DNA of 64,000 bases. Origin: Bacteroidota bacterium (lineage in GTDB: Bacteria; Bacteroidota; Bacteroidia; B-17B0; Aurantibacillaceae). Below, in pieces: positions 1-10,332 of this stretch. The position numbers were made by a program, and so were the translations under genes. Positions within the stretch are counted from its first letter, which is position 1. Each line of letters begins with the position of its first letter. The stretch is from NCBI GenBank assembly GCA_018267475.1, contig JAFDYI010000031.1, positions 50,261 to 114,260 on the forward strand, given 5' to 3'. Under the pieces are notes generated by a model. It saw nothing but the letters and a program-made list of their open reading frames with translations, had not been told where the DNA came from and searched no databases.

Positions 1-1119
1 TAAACCAAAACCGGCAAAGCCGAAGAAAGGCTCTATAAACGAATTTTTAACGCCGGTAATTAAATTTCCTAAAAAAATACCGGTACACGAAAAAGATACA
101 ATGGCTAAAGCCAGAGCCATAAAAAAGATTCCTAAAAAGCCCCCGCGATCGCTTTGCGCATCTACTTTATTGAGCCACGAGGTGGGCAGCACAATTTCAA
201 AAGCACCTAAGAAACTAATACCAAATATCAATAGTAAACCAAAGAAAATAAGATTAAACACAGCGCTTGAAGCGATGGAGTTGAGGGCTGTTTCGCCAAA
301 GGCTGCCGTAATAATTAAACCCAAAGCCGTGTATATAAAAATAATACTGAGCATAAACAAAAGGGCTTCTTTAATAGCGCCTCCACGGGTTTTGTTGCGT
401 TTTAAAAAGAAACTTACGTTCATGGGTATCATAGGGAATACGCAGGGCGTGATAAGAGCTGCTAAGCCGAAACCTATGCCTTTTAAAAATACCAACCACC
501 AAGGGGTTTGCTCTTCTGCCGACTTACTTGCAGGCTGTGGTGCTGCCTGAACGGTGGCTCTGGGCTGGGAAACAACAGCTTGCTTCTCTACCTGCTGTGT
601 GTCTGGCAAAACGGTTGGCGTTTGATTCTCTTGTTTAGGGCTTTCGACTTCTGTTTTTTTTTCAGAAGCAATTACTATTTCTATTGAAAATTTTTTAGGA
701 GGGGGGAAAATACATTTTACATCGGTGCAGGCTTGATATTCGTACTTACCCGATAAAGAAAAGCTTTTTTGTGTTTTTACTTTTATACGTTGTGTAAAGG
801 TGGCTTTTTTATTAAAAAAGGCTACTTGCATATCAAACACCTTGTCCATCTCTTCTATGGGCTTGCTTTCTTTTAGCTTGCCTATTAGCTCATAATCCGA
901 AGAGGGAGTAAACTCTATGCGGGTAGGTTGTGGCCCATCACCCGATTGGGTAATAGAATACATGTGCCAGGTATCTTCAATAGTGGCGTGAAAAACAAGG
1001 TCATATTCGGTATCTGATACCTTTTTGCTTTCTATTTTTATGCTTACGGGGTTTATTTGTTCTTGTGCTTGTATAAAAAAAGAAAACAATACAAAAAACA
1101 GACAGGCTATCTTCTTCAT
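1..1119 (-). CDS. dsbD: Protein-disulfide reductase DsbD / cytochrome c biogenesis protein (5' part; runs off the window start)
   Basis: Translated by hand (not in ORF track): MKKIACLFFVLFSFFIQAQEQINPV..., N-terminal DsbD_N domain with 'TWHMYS' and 'YQACTDVKCIFPPP' (CxxxC), then TM domain with 'ALITPCVFPMIPMNVSFF'. No stop before base 1. Confidence 0.9.
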   Translation of the reverse strand, partial: MKKIACLFFVLFSFFIQAQEQINPVSIKIESKKVSDTEYDLVFHATIEDTWHMYSITQSGDGPQPTRIEFTPSSDYELIGKLKESKPIEEMDKVFDMQVAFFNKKATFTQRIKVKTQKSFSLSGKYEYQACTDVKCIFPPPKKFSIEIVIASEKKTEVESPKQENQTPTVLPDTQQVEKQAVVSQPRATVQAAPQPASKSAEEQTPWWLVFLKGIGFGLAALITPCVFPMIPMNVSFFLKRNKTRGGAIKEALLFMLSIIFIYTALGLIITAAFGETALNSIASSAVFNLIFFGLLLIFGISFLGAFEIVLPTSWLNKVDAQSDRGGFLGIFFMALALAIVSFSCTGIFLGNLITGVKNSFIEPFFGFAGFGL

Positions 1120-1138
1120 CTTAAAAAATTGATAGCTG

Positions 1139-1146
1139 CAAAGATA
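1139..1146 (-). promoter_or_regulatory. Bacteroidota sigmaA -7 box (TATCTTTG) for dsbD
   Basis: Matches TAnnTTTG, 19 nt upstream of the dsbD ATG. Confidence 0.6.
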
Positions 1147-1223
1147 CTAAAATATAGGAATGTTCCAGATGTTTGAATTCAGCTAACAAAAATTCTTGCC
1201 CCATAAAAATCAATGCGCTTTAT

Positions 1224-1231
1224 TATCTTTG
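1224..1231 (+). promoter_or_regulatory. Bacteroidota sigmaA -7 box (TATCTTTG) for prfC
   Basis: TAnnTTTG 15 nt upstream of ATG 1247; divergent from the dsbD promoter; supports 1247 rather than 1196 as the start. Confidence 0.6.
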
Positions 1232-1246
1232 CACACTTTTATAAAA

Positions 1247-2830
1247 ATGACTGCTACCGAAGAAATAAAACGCCGCCGCACCTTTGCCATTATTGCGCAC
1301 CCCGATGCCGGCAAAACTACTTTAACCGAAAAACTGCTGCTGTTTGGCGGGGCCATTCAAACAGCCGGTGCCGTAAAATCAAACAAAATAAAAAAAAGCA
1401 CGGCCTCCGATTTCTTAGAAATTGAGCAACAACGGGGTATTTCTGTTTCTACCTCGGTAATGGCTTTTGAGTATAAAAACAAAAAAGTAAACATATTAGA
1501 TACTCCCGGTCACGAAGATTTTGCTGAAGATACCTACCGCACCCTTACTGCCGTAGATAGCGTTATCATGGTTATTGACTGCGTAAAAGGCGTAGAGCCG
1601 CAAACCCGGAAGCTATTAGAAGTGTGCCGCATGCGCAAAACACCCGTTATTGTCTTTATCAATAAAATGGACAGAGAGGGGCGCGATGCTTTTGACCTTA
1701 TGGACGAACTGGAAAAAGAACTAAAAATAAAAGTACGTCCGCTTAGCTGGCCTATAGGCATAGGTAAAACCTTTAAGGGAGTTTATAATGTTTATGAAAA
1801 GTCGTTAAACCTTTTTACAAGCGATGAAAAACAAACCATAGCCGAATCCGTAGAAATTACTACTCTAAATAAAGAAAATGTAAGTCAGTACCTTAACGAA
1901 GATTTTACCAACACCCTGCTTTCGGATATTGAAGTGGTAGAAACCGTTTACCCTCAGTTTAAAGCTGATGACTATTTAAAAGGCGATATTTGTCCTGTAT
2001 TTTTTGGTTCGGCAGTAAACAATTTTGGCGTACGCGAACTGCTCAATTGCTTTGTTGATATTGCCCCCTACCCTCTTATACGCGAAACCGAACAACGCAT
2101 GGTAGATCCCTTTGAACCTAAATTTAGCGGTTTTGTTTTTAAAATTTTTGCCAACATAGACCCCCGCCATCGAGATAGGATTGCTTTTTTACGTATTTGC
2201 TCCGGTACTTTTGAACGCAACAAATATTACTTTCACAATCGTGAAAAAAAAGAAATGCGTTTTAGCAACCCTACCGCTTTTTTAGCTCAAAGCAAATCGG
2301 TTATTGATGAAGCATATCCCGGCGACATAGTGGGCTTATACGATAGCGGAAACTTTAAAATAGGCGACAGCCTTACCGAAGGCGAGTTGCTCCATTTCAA
2401 AGGCATACCCAGTTTCTCACCCGAATTGTTTAAATATGTGGTAAACCAAGATCCCATGAAAACCAAACAATTACAAAAAGGTTTAGAACAATTAACCGAC
2501 GAAGGAGTGGCTCAACTGTTTACAAAAAAACAAGATGGGCGAAGAATTTTAGGTACCGTGGGCGCTCTGCAATTTGAAGTATTGCAACACCGATTAAAAA
2601 GTGAATACAACGCCTCATGCGGATACGAATCGATACAACTACATAAGGCCTGTTGGATAAAAAGCGATGACAAAAAACACTTAGATACTTTTATGCAAGA
2701 GCGTAGCAATTACATAGCTTTTGATAAAGAACAGCGCCCTGTTTTTTTAGCCGAATCGGCATGGCTGTTGCAAATGGCACAAGAAAAATACCCCAACATT
2801 CAGTTTTTCTTTACCAGCGAACTGAATTAA
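1247..2830 (+). CDS. prfC: Peptide chain release factor 3
   Basis: [62 protein letters not shown]; start moved to ATG 1247. Confidence 0.97.
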   Translation: MTATEEIKRRRTFAIIAHPDAGKTTLTEKLLLFGGAIQTAGAVKSNKIKKSTASDFLEIEQQRGISVSTSVMAFEYKNKKVNILDTPGHEDFAEDTYRTLTAVDSVIMVIDCVKGVEPQTRKLLEVCRMRKTPVIVFINKMDREGRDAFDLMDELEKELKIKVRPLSWPIGIGKTFKGVYNVYEKSLNLFTSDEKQTIAESVEITTLNKENVSQYLNEDFTNTLLSDIEVVETVYPQFKADDYLKGDICPVFFGSAVNNFGVRELLNCFVDIAPYPLIRETEQRMVDPFEPKFSGFVFKIFANIDPRHRDRIAFLRICSGTFERNKYYFHNREKKEMRFSNPTAFLAQSKSVIDEAYPGDIVGLYDSGNFKIGDSLTEGELLHFKGIPSFSPELFKYVVNQDPMKTKQLQKGLEQLTDEGVAQLFTKKQDGRRILGTVGALQFEVLQHRLKSEYNASCGYESIQLHKACWIKSDDKKHLDTFMQERSNYIAFDKEQRPVFLAESAWLLQMAQEKYPNIQFFFTSELN

Positions 2831-3570
2831 AAAAACTGTATTATTTTTCTTAGTGGCTTTAATACCAAGGTAAAAAAGTAAGGCTTTATATTATTTATTT
2901 TCCAAGCCAACCTATCTTCATTATTAGCTTTCACTCGGTTTTTCATAGAAGCATTGCTTTGCCCACCTACACGCATTTTTACAATAAACTCAGGTAGATA
3001 AACAACTCTTATTTGGTGTTTGTATAAAAAACGAAGCATCAATTCATAATCCGCAGCCGAGCGCAAATTGGTATTAAAGAGTCCATACTTTTCATAACAC
3101 TCTTTTTTTACAAAAAAAGTAGGGTGCGGCGGCATCCAACCCCATAAAAAATGATTACTTTTATACGCACCCGATTTCCAAGTGCGCACTATTTTTGAGG
3201 TATCTTCTTTATCCACATAATATAAATTAGCATAAAGCGCTTGCGCCTTAGCCTGATTCAAGGCATTTGCTACATCACTTAGCACTTCCGTGTTGGTGTA
3301 AAAATCATCGGCATGCAAAACACCTAACACATCGCCGGTGGCAAGCTGTATTCCTTTGTTTATAGCATAATATAAACCCTCATCTTTTTCCGAAACTATT
3401 TTTGAAATTTTGGATTGGTATTTTTTTATGATAGATAACGTGCCGTCAGATGAGTTGCCATCAACAATAATATACTCTACATTAGGGTAATTTTGTGTTA
3501 CAACCGATTGTATCGTGTTTTCAAGCGTTTGCGCGCTGTTGTAGGTAACGGTTATGATGGATATTTTCAC
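2827..3570 (-). CDS. Glycosyltransferase family 2 (WcaE-like)
   Basis: [52 protein letters not shown]; convergent 4-nt stop overlap with prfC. Confidence 0.9.
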   Translation of the reverse strand: MKISIITVTYNSAQTLENTIQSVVTQNYPNVEYIIVDGNSSDGTLSIIKKYQSKISKIVSEKDEGLYYAINKGIQLATGDVLGVLHADDFYTNTEVLSDVANALNQAKAQALYANLYYVDKEDTSKIVRTWKSGAYKSNHFLWGWMPPHPTFFVKKECYEKYGLFNTNLRSAADYELMLRFLYKHQIRVVYLPEFIVKMRVGGQSNASMKNRVKANNEDRLAWKINNIKPYFFTLVLKPLRKIIQFF

Positions 3571-3616
3571 TTAGCGAGCGAGATAATGGTACCACTATTA
3601 TTATACGCTTATGCGT

Positions 3617-4462
3617 TTAATTCTTCATAGCAGTAAGAAAATTAGCTAAAAATTCTTTTAGCTGGGTGCGCACTACAATTTTATCTAAAAAGCCGTGTTC
3701 TAATACAAATTCTGCGGTTTGAAATCCTTTTGGTAAATCTTTTCCTATGGTTTCTTTTACAATACGAGGGCCTGCAAAACCAATCAGCGATTCGGGCTCG
3801 GCAATGTTAATATCGCCCAGCATGGCAAACGAAGCTGTTACCCCGCCGGTAGTTGGGTCGGTTAGCAAAGATATGTACGGTAGCTTTTCTTTAGCGAGCA
3901 AACTTAGCTTGGCTGATGTTTTGGCCATCTGCATCAATGAAAAGGCGGCTTCCATCATACGCGCCCCACCCGACTTAGATATGATAAGCAAAGGGGTTTT
4001 TGTTTTTAAACAAAAATCTATAGCTCGCGAAATTTTTTCTCCTACCACGCTTCCCATGCTTCCTCCTATGAAATTAAAATCCATGCAGCACACTACCAAA
4101 TCGTTTTCGTGTACTTTGCCAAAAGCGGCACGCATGGCATCATCTAAACCGGTTTTTTTTCTGCTTTCTATCAAGCGGTCTTTGTAAGGCTTGGTGTCTG
4201 AAAAGTTGAGTGGATCGCCTCCGGTAAGTCCTTCTTGCAATTCCGTGTATTTTTCTTCATCAAAGATAAGAGCAAAGTATTCTTCAGAGCCTATTCTATC
4301 ATGATGCCCACAATGCACACATACGTAGCTGTTGTTGGCGTGCTCTTGCATGGTCGCAATTTTTTTACATTTGCTGCACTTGTGCCACAGGCCTTCGGGC
4401 GTTTCTTTTTTTTCTTTGGTATTGGTAGTAATGCCTTCTTTTATTCGTTTAAACCAACTCAT
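3617..4462 (-). CDS. accD: Acetyl-CoA carboxylase carboxyltransferase beta subunit
   Basis: PEGLWHKC..C zinc finger, MDFNFIGGSMGSVVGEKI, SGGARMME, PTTGGVTASFAM, LIGFAGPRIV. Confidence 0.97.
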   Translation of the reverse strand: MSWFKRIKEGITTNTKEKKETPEGLWHKCSKCKKIATMQEHANNSYVCVHCGHHDRIGSEEYFALIFDEEKYTELQEGLTGGDPLNFSDTKPYKDRLIESRKKTGLDDAMRAAFGKVHENDLVVCCMDFNFIGGSMGSVVGEKISRAIDFCLKTKTPLLIISKSGGARMMEAAFSLMQMAKTSAKLSLLAKEKLPYISLLTDPTTGGVTASFAMLGDINIAEPESLIGFAGPRIVKETIGKDLPKGFQTAEFVLEHGFLDKIVVRTQLKEFLANFLTAMKN

Positions 4463-4540
4463 TTTTTTTGAATTAAGGGTTAAAAATTAAAAATGAACGT
4501 ACTGTTTTTTTTAATCTTTAATTTGAAATTTTTATTTTCT

Positions 4541-5608
4541 TTAGGCTATTGTAATGGATTTATCCAGGTAAACATCTTGAATGGTGTTTAACAAAGCAAC
4601 CCCTTCTTTCATGGGTTTTTGAAAGGCTTTTCTTCCTGAAATAAGCCCTTGCCCGCCTGCACGTTTGTTAATAACGGCTGTAGTTACGGCTTCGGCTAAG
4701 TCGGTAGCTCCTTTGCTTTCGCCTCCGCTGTTTATTAAACCCATACGCCCCATATAGCAGTTGGCTACTTGGTAGCGGCACAGATCAATAGGGTTTTCGG
4801 TAGTAAGCTGGCTATATACTAAAGGACTTGTTTTTCCGAAATTGATGGCGGTATAGCCTCCGTTTTTATCCGATAGCTTTTGCTTAATAATATCCGCCTG
4901 AATGGTTACCCCTAAGTGGTTTGCCTGCGAAGATAAATCGGCTGCGGTATGATAATCTATTCCCTCTTTTTTAAACGCATTATTGCGCGTATAGCACCAC
5001 AAAATAGTAGCCATGCCCAACTCATGAGCACGCTCAAAAGCCTGCGCTACTTCTACTATTTGGCGAGAAGATTCGGGGGAACCAAAATAAATGGTAGCAC
5101 CTACTGCCACAGCCCCCATATTCCAAGCATCTTCCACGCTGCCAAACATAATTTGGTCAAATTTATTGGGGTAGCTTAAAAACTCGTTGTGGTTTATTTT
5201 TACTATAAACGGAATTTTGTGTGCGTATTTTCTGGCTACACTGGCCAGCACTCCGTAGGTAGAAGCTACGGCGTTGCAACCGCCTTCTACGGCTAATTTT
5301 ACAATGTTTTCACTATCAAAATAAATGGGGTTGGGCGCAAAAGAAGCACCCGCACTGTGTTCAATGCCTTGGTCAACAGGCAAGATGCTCATATAACCGG
5401 TGTTAGCCAAACGACCTGTTCCATACAATTGTTGCAGGCTGCGCATTACCTGTGGGTTGCGATTACTTGGCGCAAATATCCTATCTACAAAATCGGCACC
5501 GGGCAGGTGTATGTTTTCTTTACTAATGGTTTTGCAGGTATGGTTAAGCAGCGTGTCGGCTTGCGCGCCTAATAATTCGGTAATTTTGTTTTGTGTTGCG
5601 GTGGCCAT
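4541..5608 (-). CDS. fbaB: Class I fructose-bisphosphate aldolase
   Basis: [52 protein letters not shown] (Schiff-base Lys), [19 protein letters not shown]. Confidence 0.93.
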   Translation of the reverse strand: MATATQNKITELLGAQADTLLNHTCKTISKENIHLPGADFVDRIFAPSNRNPQVMRSLQQLYGTGRLANTGYMSILPVDQGIEHSAGASFAPNPIYFDSENIVKLAVEGGCNAVASTYGVLASVARKYAHKIPFIVKINHNEFLSYPNKFDQIMFGSVEDAWNMGAVAVGATIYFGSPESSRQIVEVAQAFERAHELGMATILWCYTRNNAFKKEGIDYHTAADLSSQANHLGVTIQADIIKQKLSDKNGGYTAINFGKTSPLVYSQLTTENPIDLCRYQVANCYMGRMGLINSGGESKGATDLAEAVTTAVINKRAGGQGLISGRKAFQKPMKEGVALLNTIQDVYLDKSITIA

Positions 5609-5630
5609 ATTTTATATTTTTTAAAGGGGG

Positions 5631-5638
5631 CAAATATA
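5631..5638 (-). promoter_or_regulatory. Bacteroidota sigmaA -7 box (TATATTTG) for fbaB-accD
   Basis: TAnnTTTG 22 nt upstream of the fbaB ATG. Confidence 0.55.
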
Positions 5639-5698
5639 CTAAATTATTATTTATTAGTCAATACCATAAAAACGACGGTCTATTACGCACTGCTTTAG

Positions 5699-6931
5699 CT
5701 ACATCAACATGCCGGCAATGGTGGCCGATAAGTACGAAGCTAAGGTGCCGCTTATTAAAGCTCTGATGCCTAAGGCAGCCAAATCGGCTCGGCGCTCGGG
5801 TGCCAAAGCCCCTATGCCCCCCATTTGAATACCTACCGAACTAAAATTAGCAAAACCGCATATAGCAAAACTCACAATAAGCAAGCCTTTTTCGCTAAGA
5901 GGTTGGGCTAATTTATGGGTAAGCGTATCAAAGGCTACAAACTCATTAATGGTAATTTTTTGCCCCATAATGGTTGCTACCTGCTGCACATCGGCCTCGG
6001 GCACTCCCATACACCAAGCCAAAGGGTAAAACAGTTTCCCGAAAATATAATCTAGCGAAAGAGGGGCGTATATTTTGCTCAAGCCATAGTTAATACACGC
6101 TATTAAAGCAATAAAACCGATAAGCATGGCTATTACATTGATGGCAATTTTCATGCCATCGGCTGCGCCGTGCGAAATAGCATCAATAAGATTAGTGTGT
6201 TCTTTTTTTATCTCTAAGCTTACTTTGCCTTTTGTGAGGGGTTCTTCTGTTTCAGGATATATAATTTTAGATATGACTAAGGCTGCCGGTGCCGCCATTA
6301 TACTGGCTGTAAGCAGGTACTCTGCCCGCGCCCCCATATTTACATACACTATCAATATCCCTCCTGCAATGCAAGCCATGCTTCCCGCCATGGAAGACAG
6401 CAATTCGCTTTTAGTCATACTTGATATATAAGGTCTAATCATTACCTGGGCTTCTACCTGCCCCACAAAAGCACTGGCCACGTTGCTTAGCGCCTCTGCC
6501 CCACTTACGCGCATTACTACATTCATTACCCGCGCTATAAACGATACTACGCGCTGCATAAAACCTATGTGATATAAAATAGCTACCAATACACATACCA
6601 AAATGATGGTAGCCGTTACGCTAAAAGCAAATACAAAAGTGTGAGGCGCCCCAAAGCCTTGCGAAAGGCCGTTGTGCGTATCCACCATAACACCTCCATA
6701 CACAAAAGATGCCCCTTGAGCAGCAAAATGCTCTATCTTACCCATGCCCTTGCCTAAAAAAGCAAAAAAACGAGTAATAGGCGTTACCTTTAGCACCAAC
6801 AAGGCAATAGCCGTTTGCAACAACAGCCCGCTTGCCACCAGCCGGTAATTTATAGCCTTGCGGTTGTTTGACAACAAAAAGGCCATTCCAAAAATAACAA
6901 CAATACCTATAAGTCCAACAAATCGTTCCAT
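5699..6931 (-). CDS. nupC: Concentrative nucleoside transporter (CNT/NupC family)
   Basis: GAEALSNVASAFVGQVEA, SIMAAPAALVISKIIYPE, KITINEFVAF, FAICGFANFSSVGIQMGG. Confidence 0.92.
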   Translation of the reverse strand: MERFVGLIGIVVIFGMAFLLSNNRKAINYRLVASGLLLQTAIALLVLKVTPITRFFAFLGKGMGKIEHFAAQGASFVYGGVMVDTHNGLSQGFGAPHTFVFAFSVTATIILVCVLVAILYHIGFMQRVVSFIARVMNVVMRVSGAEALSNVASAFVGQVEAQVMIRPYISSMTKSELLSSMAGSMACIAGGILIVYVNMGARAEYLLTASIMAAPAALVISKIIYPETEEPLTKGKVSLEIKKEHTNLIDAISHGAADGMKIAINVIAMLIGFIALIACINYGLSKIYAPLSLDYIFGKLFYPLAWCMGVPEADVQQVATIMGQKITINEFVAFDTLTHKLAQPLSEKGLLIVSFAICGFANFSSVGIQMGGIGALAPERRADLAALGIRALISGTLASYLSATIAGMLM

Positions 6932-7090
6932 TGTACAAATTAAGTGAAATTTGCGTTAAAAATAAAAAATACCGTTTCTTTTTTAAAGAAAAAAATGGAA
7001 TGCTTTTTGAAGAGGAAATTAAAAACAAAATGTGTATAACTATTTCAAAAAAAAATCGTACCTTAGCCATAAATAAATAACATTGTACCA

Positions 7091-8104
7091 ATGCGTTTGT
7101 ATCAAGTTTACATAACCGCTGCTTGTTGCAGTTTATTTTTATCCGGAGTTTCTCCGAAGGAGAAACGTATGCCCACTTCAAAAAGCGAACGCATAAACAC
7201 AAATATACGCCTGCAACCGGCCGACTACAAAGAAGATGTGATTAGCGTGTATGACAACGAAACCCAACAACAACAAAACTATGTGTATGATAAGGATTTG
7301 TATCGATTGGGCTGCGACACTATGTCGCAAGTAAATTTTTGGCGTTCTATTATGCGTTTACCAAAAGACTCGGCTCTTATGTGTTATTCCAAACAACGTT
7401 GGGTTATAGATAAAGTGCAGTTAAAAACATGGAACTCATATAGCGATGACCAGAAAAAAAATTACCGTGATAGCTTGCGTACGAGCAACTGCTTGTTGGA
7501 TAGCGAACGGATTTTATTAGTAGAGGGTAAAAGTTTTTTTTATGATTTTGATAAAGCCTATCCCAACCTGCACCGAGGCATTGACAATTTTATGGCCAAC
7601 GGGGTAGATCCTTGGTATGCACAAGCTATTTTATTGATAGAGAGCCCCAATAAACTGCAAAAATCAAACGTGGGTGCTTACGGCCCCTTTCAACTTATGA
7701 AACCGGTAGCCCGCCTGTTTGGTTTAAAAGTAAATCAACATATAGATGAGCGCGCCGATTTTGACCGCGCGGCCTACGCATCTTCCTGCTTAATAAAAAA
7801 TATATGCATACCCAAAACCAAAGAAATTTTAGATACACTCTGTATTTCATACAACGAAACCGATTTGTGGTTTAGGTTGTTGGTCATGCACGTATATCAT
7901 GCCGGTGCCGGCAATGTAAAAGCGGCTTTGCAAGTAATAAACCCTACCGTAGGCAACTTTAGTCTGATACAAACTCTATGGAGCACACAAGCAAAAGCCT
8001 TTAAAACAGCTTCGCAAAATTATTCGCAACTAGCCTTAGCTGCCATGCTGGAGATGAACGCTAAAATAAAACTAAACGGCTTGCCCGTTCCCATAAAAAA
8101 CTAA
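7091..8104 (+). CDS. Exported protein with a lytic transglycosylase (SLT/GH23-like) domain
   Basis: Signal peptide; 'AQAILLIES' (catalytic Glu motif), 'GAYGPFQLM' (GLMQ-like), 'DERADFDRAA', 'VYHAGAGNV' (AYNAG-like). Confidence 0.7.
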   Translation: MRLYQVYITAACCSLFLSGVSPKEKRMPTSKSERINTNIRLQPADYKEDVISVYDNETQQQQNYVYDKDLYRLGCDTMSQVNFWRSIMRLPKDSALMCYSKQRWVIDKVQLKTWNSYSDDQKKNYRDSLRTSNCLLDSERILLVEGKSFFYDFDKAYPNLHRGIDNFMANGVDPWYAQAILLIESPNKLQKSNVGAYGPFQLMKPVARLFGLKVNQHIDERADFDRAAYASSCLIKNICIPKTKEILDTLCISYNETDLWFRLLVMHVYHAGAGNVKAALQVINPTVGNFSLIQTLWSTQAKAFKTASQNYSQLALAAMLEMNAKIKLNGLPVPIKN

Positions 8105-8108
8105 AATC

Positions 8109-8492
8109 ATGAATTGTAAAATCGCTTTTTCTTTACTGATAGGCGTTGTCCTTTTAAGTTGTAAAAAAAACGGAACCGGAGGCAAAGCTCAAATAGTAGG
8201 AACGGTTACCTACAACAACAACCCGGTAAACCCTTGTACCGTTTATATAAAATACGGCGCTACCAGCTCGCCGGGTACCGACCCCAGCAATTACGATAGC
8301 CAACAAGCGGTATCAACTGCCGGCACCTACACTTTTTTCAGCATGTACCCGGGTGATTATTACCTGTATGCCATTGGGAATTATATGGAGCCCAACTCAG
8401 CTTATATAGAAACGACCGGAAGCGCCCAAGTACACATCAGCGCCAACAAATCCATTACGGCTGCCGCTAACATTGCCGCCGTAAAACAATAA
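8109..8492 (+). CDS. Hypothetical lipoprotein, beta-sandwich (carboxypeptidase-regulatory-like)
   Basis: Lipobox-like VLLS-C followed by KK; 'GTVTY...GTYTFFSMYPGDYYLYA' pattern. Confidence 0.65.
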   Translation: MNCKIAFSLLIGVVLLSCKKNGTGGKAQIVGTVTYNNNPVNPCTVYIKYGATSSPGTDPSNYDSQQAVSTAGTYTFFSMYPGDYYLYAIGNYMEPNSAYIETTGSAQVHISANKSITAAANIAAVKQ

Positions 8493-8899
8493 TGACAAAA
8501 GAAAAAGTAATCTTATTTTACGACGGCGACTGCTCTCTTTGTAATCATGTGATACGCTTTGTACTATCTCATGAAAAGGAAACCGAAGATCCCTTATTTT
8601 TTTGCTCCTTGCAAAGCGATACTGCCCGGCAAATACTATCACCACGTCAATATGATTTTAAAAACACAAACTCTATAGCCCTGCTGCAACACCATACCGT
8701 TTTTTACCAATCAACGGCCGCATTAAAAATAAGTACTTATTTAAAATTTCCATACAGCTGCTTGATATTTTTAAAAATAATCCCCCCTTTTTTGCGCGAC
8801 ATCTGCTACCGTTTTATTGCCTCCAGAAGAAAAAAAATAATAAAAAAAGATTTTTGCTTCAGCCCTACTCCCCTCTTACAAAAACGTTTTTTACCCTAA
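8492..8899 (+). CDS. DCC1-like thiol-disulfide oxidoreductase (DUF393)
   Basis: ILFYDGDCSLCN (DxxCxxC), LFFCSLQS, QSTAAL, PPFLRDICYRFIASRR. Confidence 0.88.
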   Translation: MTKEKVILFYDGDCSLCNHVIRFVLSHEKETEDPLFFCSLQSDTARQILSPRQYDFKNTNSIALLQHHTVFYQSTAALKISTYLKFPYSCLIFLKIIPPFLRDICYRFIASRRKKIIKKDFCFSPTPLLQKRFLP

Positions 8900-8912
8900 T
8901 GCTTTTTTCTTT

Positions 8913-8920
8913 TACTTTTG
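8913..8920 (+). promoter_or_regulatory. Bacteroidota sigmaA -7 box (TACTTTTG) for hflX
   Basis: TAnnTTTG 28 nt upstream of ATG 8949. Confidence 0.5.
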
Positions 8921-8948
8921 TATTCTTAAAAAATAGCGACTTCTTTAT

Positions 8949-10145
8949 ATGAGCAAAAAACCAGAAAGCACTGCGCCCAAAGCCCGAAAAGCTATTTTAA
9001 TAGGATTGATCACCCAACATCAAAACCCAGAAAAAGCACAAGAGTACTTAGATGAATTATCTTTTTTGGTAGAAACCGATGGTTTAATACCCGTAAAACA
9101 ATTTGTACAACGATTAGATAAACCCGATAAAGCCACCTTTGTAGGAAAAGGAAAGCTACACGAAATAAAAGAATTTGTAAAAGAGCACGACATTGATGTA
9201 TTGGTATTTGACGATGAGTTAAGCCCATCGCAACAACGAAATTTAGAAAAAGAGGTAGAACGAAAAATTTTAGACCGCACCTACCTTATTCTTGAGATAT
9301 TTGCTGCCCGCGCACGAACCGCCCATGCCGCTACCCAAGTAAAACTAGCCCAATACCAATACCTACTGCCGCGCCTTACCGGTATGTGGACTCACTTAGA
9401 ACGGCAACGAGGAGGCACCGGCACACGAGGAGGCGCCGGCGAAAAAGAAATAGAAACCGACCGCCGAAACATTAGAGATCGAATTTCTATTCTAAAAAAA
9501 GAGTTGGCAAGCATTGACAAACAAATGGCTACACAACGAAAAAACAGAGGAGAAATGATACGTGTAGCCCTGGTAGGCTATACCAACGTAGGAAAATCGA
9601 CCTTGATGAACCTGCTAAGCAAAAGCACTGTTTTTGCTGAAAACAAACTCTTTGCCACCTTAGATACTACGGTAAGAAAAGTAGTAATTGACAACTTGCC
9701 CTTTTTACTAAGCGATACCGTAGGCTTTATACGAAAACTGCCCACCCAGTTGGTAGAATCTTTTAAATCTACGCTTGATGAGGTGCGCGAAGCCGATATA
9801 CTGCTGCATGTGGTAGATATTTCGCACCCGGCTTTTGCCGACCAAATGAATACGGTAAACACCACCCTGGCCGAAATTGGAGCCGGCAACAAATTAATGA
9901 TTACTATTTTTAATAAGATAGATGCCTATCGGTTTACCCCAAAAGACGACGACCTAATTCCCGATGCTGAAAACAAGGTACCGTTAGAGCAACTGAAAAA
10001 AACATGGATAGCTAAAGAAAAAAAACGTTGTGCTTTTATATCCGCTACACAAAAAAACAATATAGACGAACTTAGAGATACGCTTTACCGAGAAATAAAA
10101 AAACTACATATAAAACGGTACCCTTACAACCATTTATTGTATTGA
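8949..10145 (+). CDS. hflX: GTPase HflX
   Basis: FDDELSPSQQRNLE, QLAQ-like 'KLAQYQYLLPRL', GAGEKEIETDRR, VALVGYTNVGKSTLMN, LFATLDTT, DTVGFIRKLP, NKID. Confidence 0.97.
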   Translation: MSKKPESTAPKARKAILIGLITQHQNPEKAQEYLDELSFLVETDGLIPVKQFVQRLDKPDKATFVGKGKLHEIKEFVKEHDIDVLVFDDELSPSQQRNLEKEVERKILDRTYLILEIFAARARTAHAATQVKLAQYQYLLPRLTGMWTHLERQRGGTGTRGGAGEKEIETDRRNIRDRISILKKELASIDKQMATQRKNRGEMIRVALVGYTNVGKSTLMNLLSKSTVFAENKLFATLDTTVRKVVIDNLPFLLSDTVGFIRKLPTQLVESFKSTLDEVREADILLHVVDISHPAFADQMNTVNTTLAEIGAGNKLMITIFNKIDAYRFTPKDDDLIPDAENKVPLEQLKKTWIAKEKKRCAFISATQKNNIDELRDTLYREIKKLHIKRYPYNHLLY

Positions 10146-10161
10146 AATTTAAAAGGTATCG

Positions 10162-10298
10162 TGTAAGCTCCCCAGAAAAGGACTGCTCAAAAGTAGACTT
10201 TTTGTTTAATTAAATTGCTCGCGAATAAGTTCTTGTACATTTTTACCGTTATCATACTCCTTGAGAATGGCGGGTAATGTAAAAAAAAGCATAACCAT
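10162..10298 (-). mobile_element. Probable internally deleted IS3-family remnant
   Basis: 30-aa minus-strand ORF 10206..10298 (MVMLFFTLPAILKEYDNGKNVQELIREQFN*) resembles the N-terminal HTH of IS3 OrfA; followed by GTCTACTTTTGAGCAGTCC...TTACA, which looks like an IS end (TG...CA). No matching left end seen. Confidence 0.55.
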
Positions 10299-10332
10299 CA
10301 AATATTAGACTAATTGTTTATTCACTTTGGCC

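Noticed and set aside
101-550. 149-aa plus-strand ORF
   Set aside because: Antisense shadow of the dsbD TM region, which has clear DsbD motifs on the minus strand.
10236-10288. Imperfect hairpin between hflX and rluD as a terminator
   Set aside because: The A/T run is on the wrong side for either strand and the stem is bulged; the region is better explained as an IS remnant.
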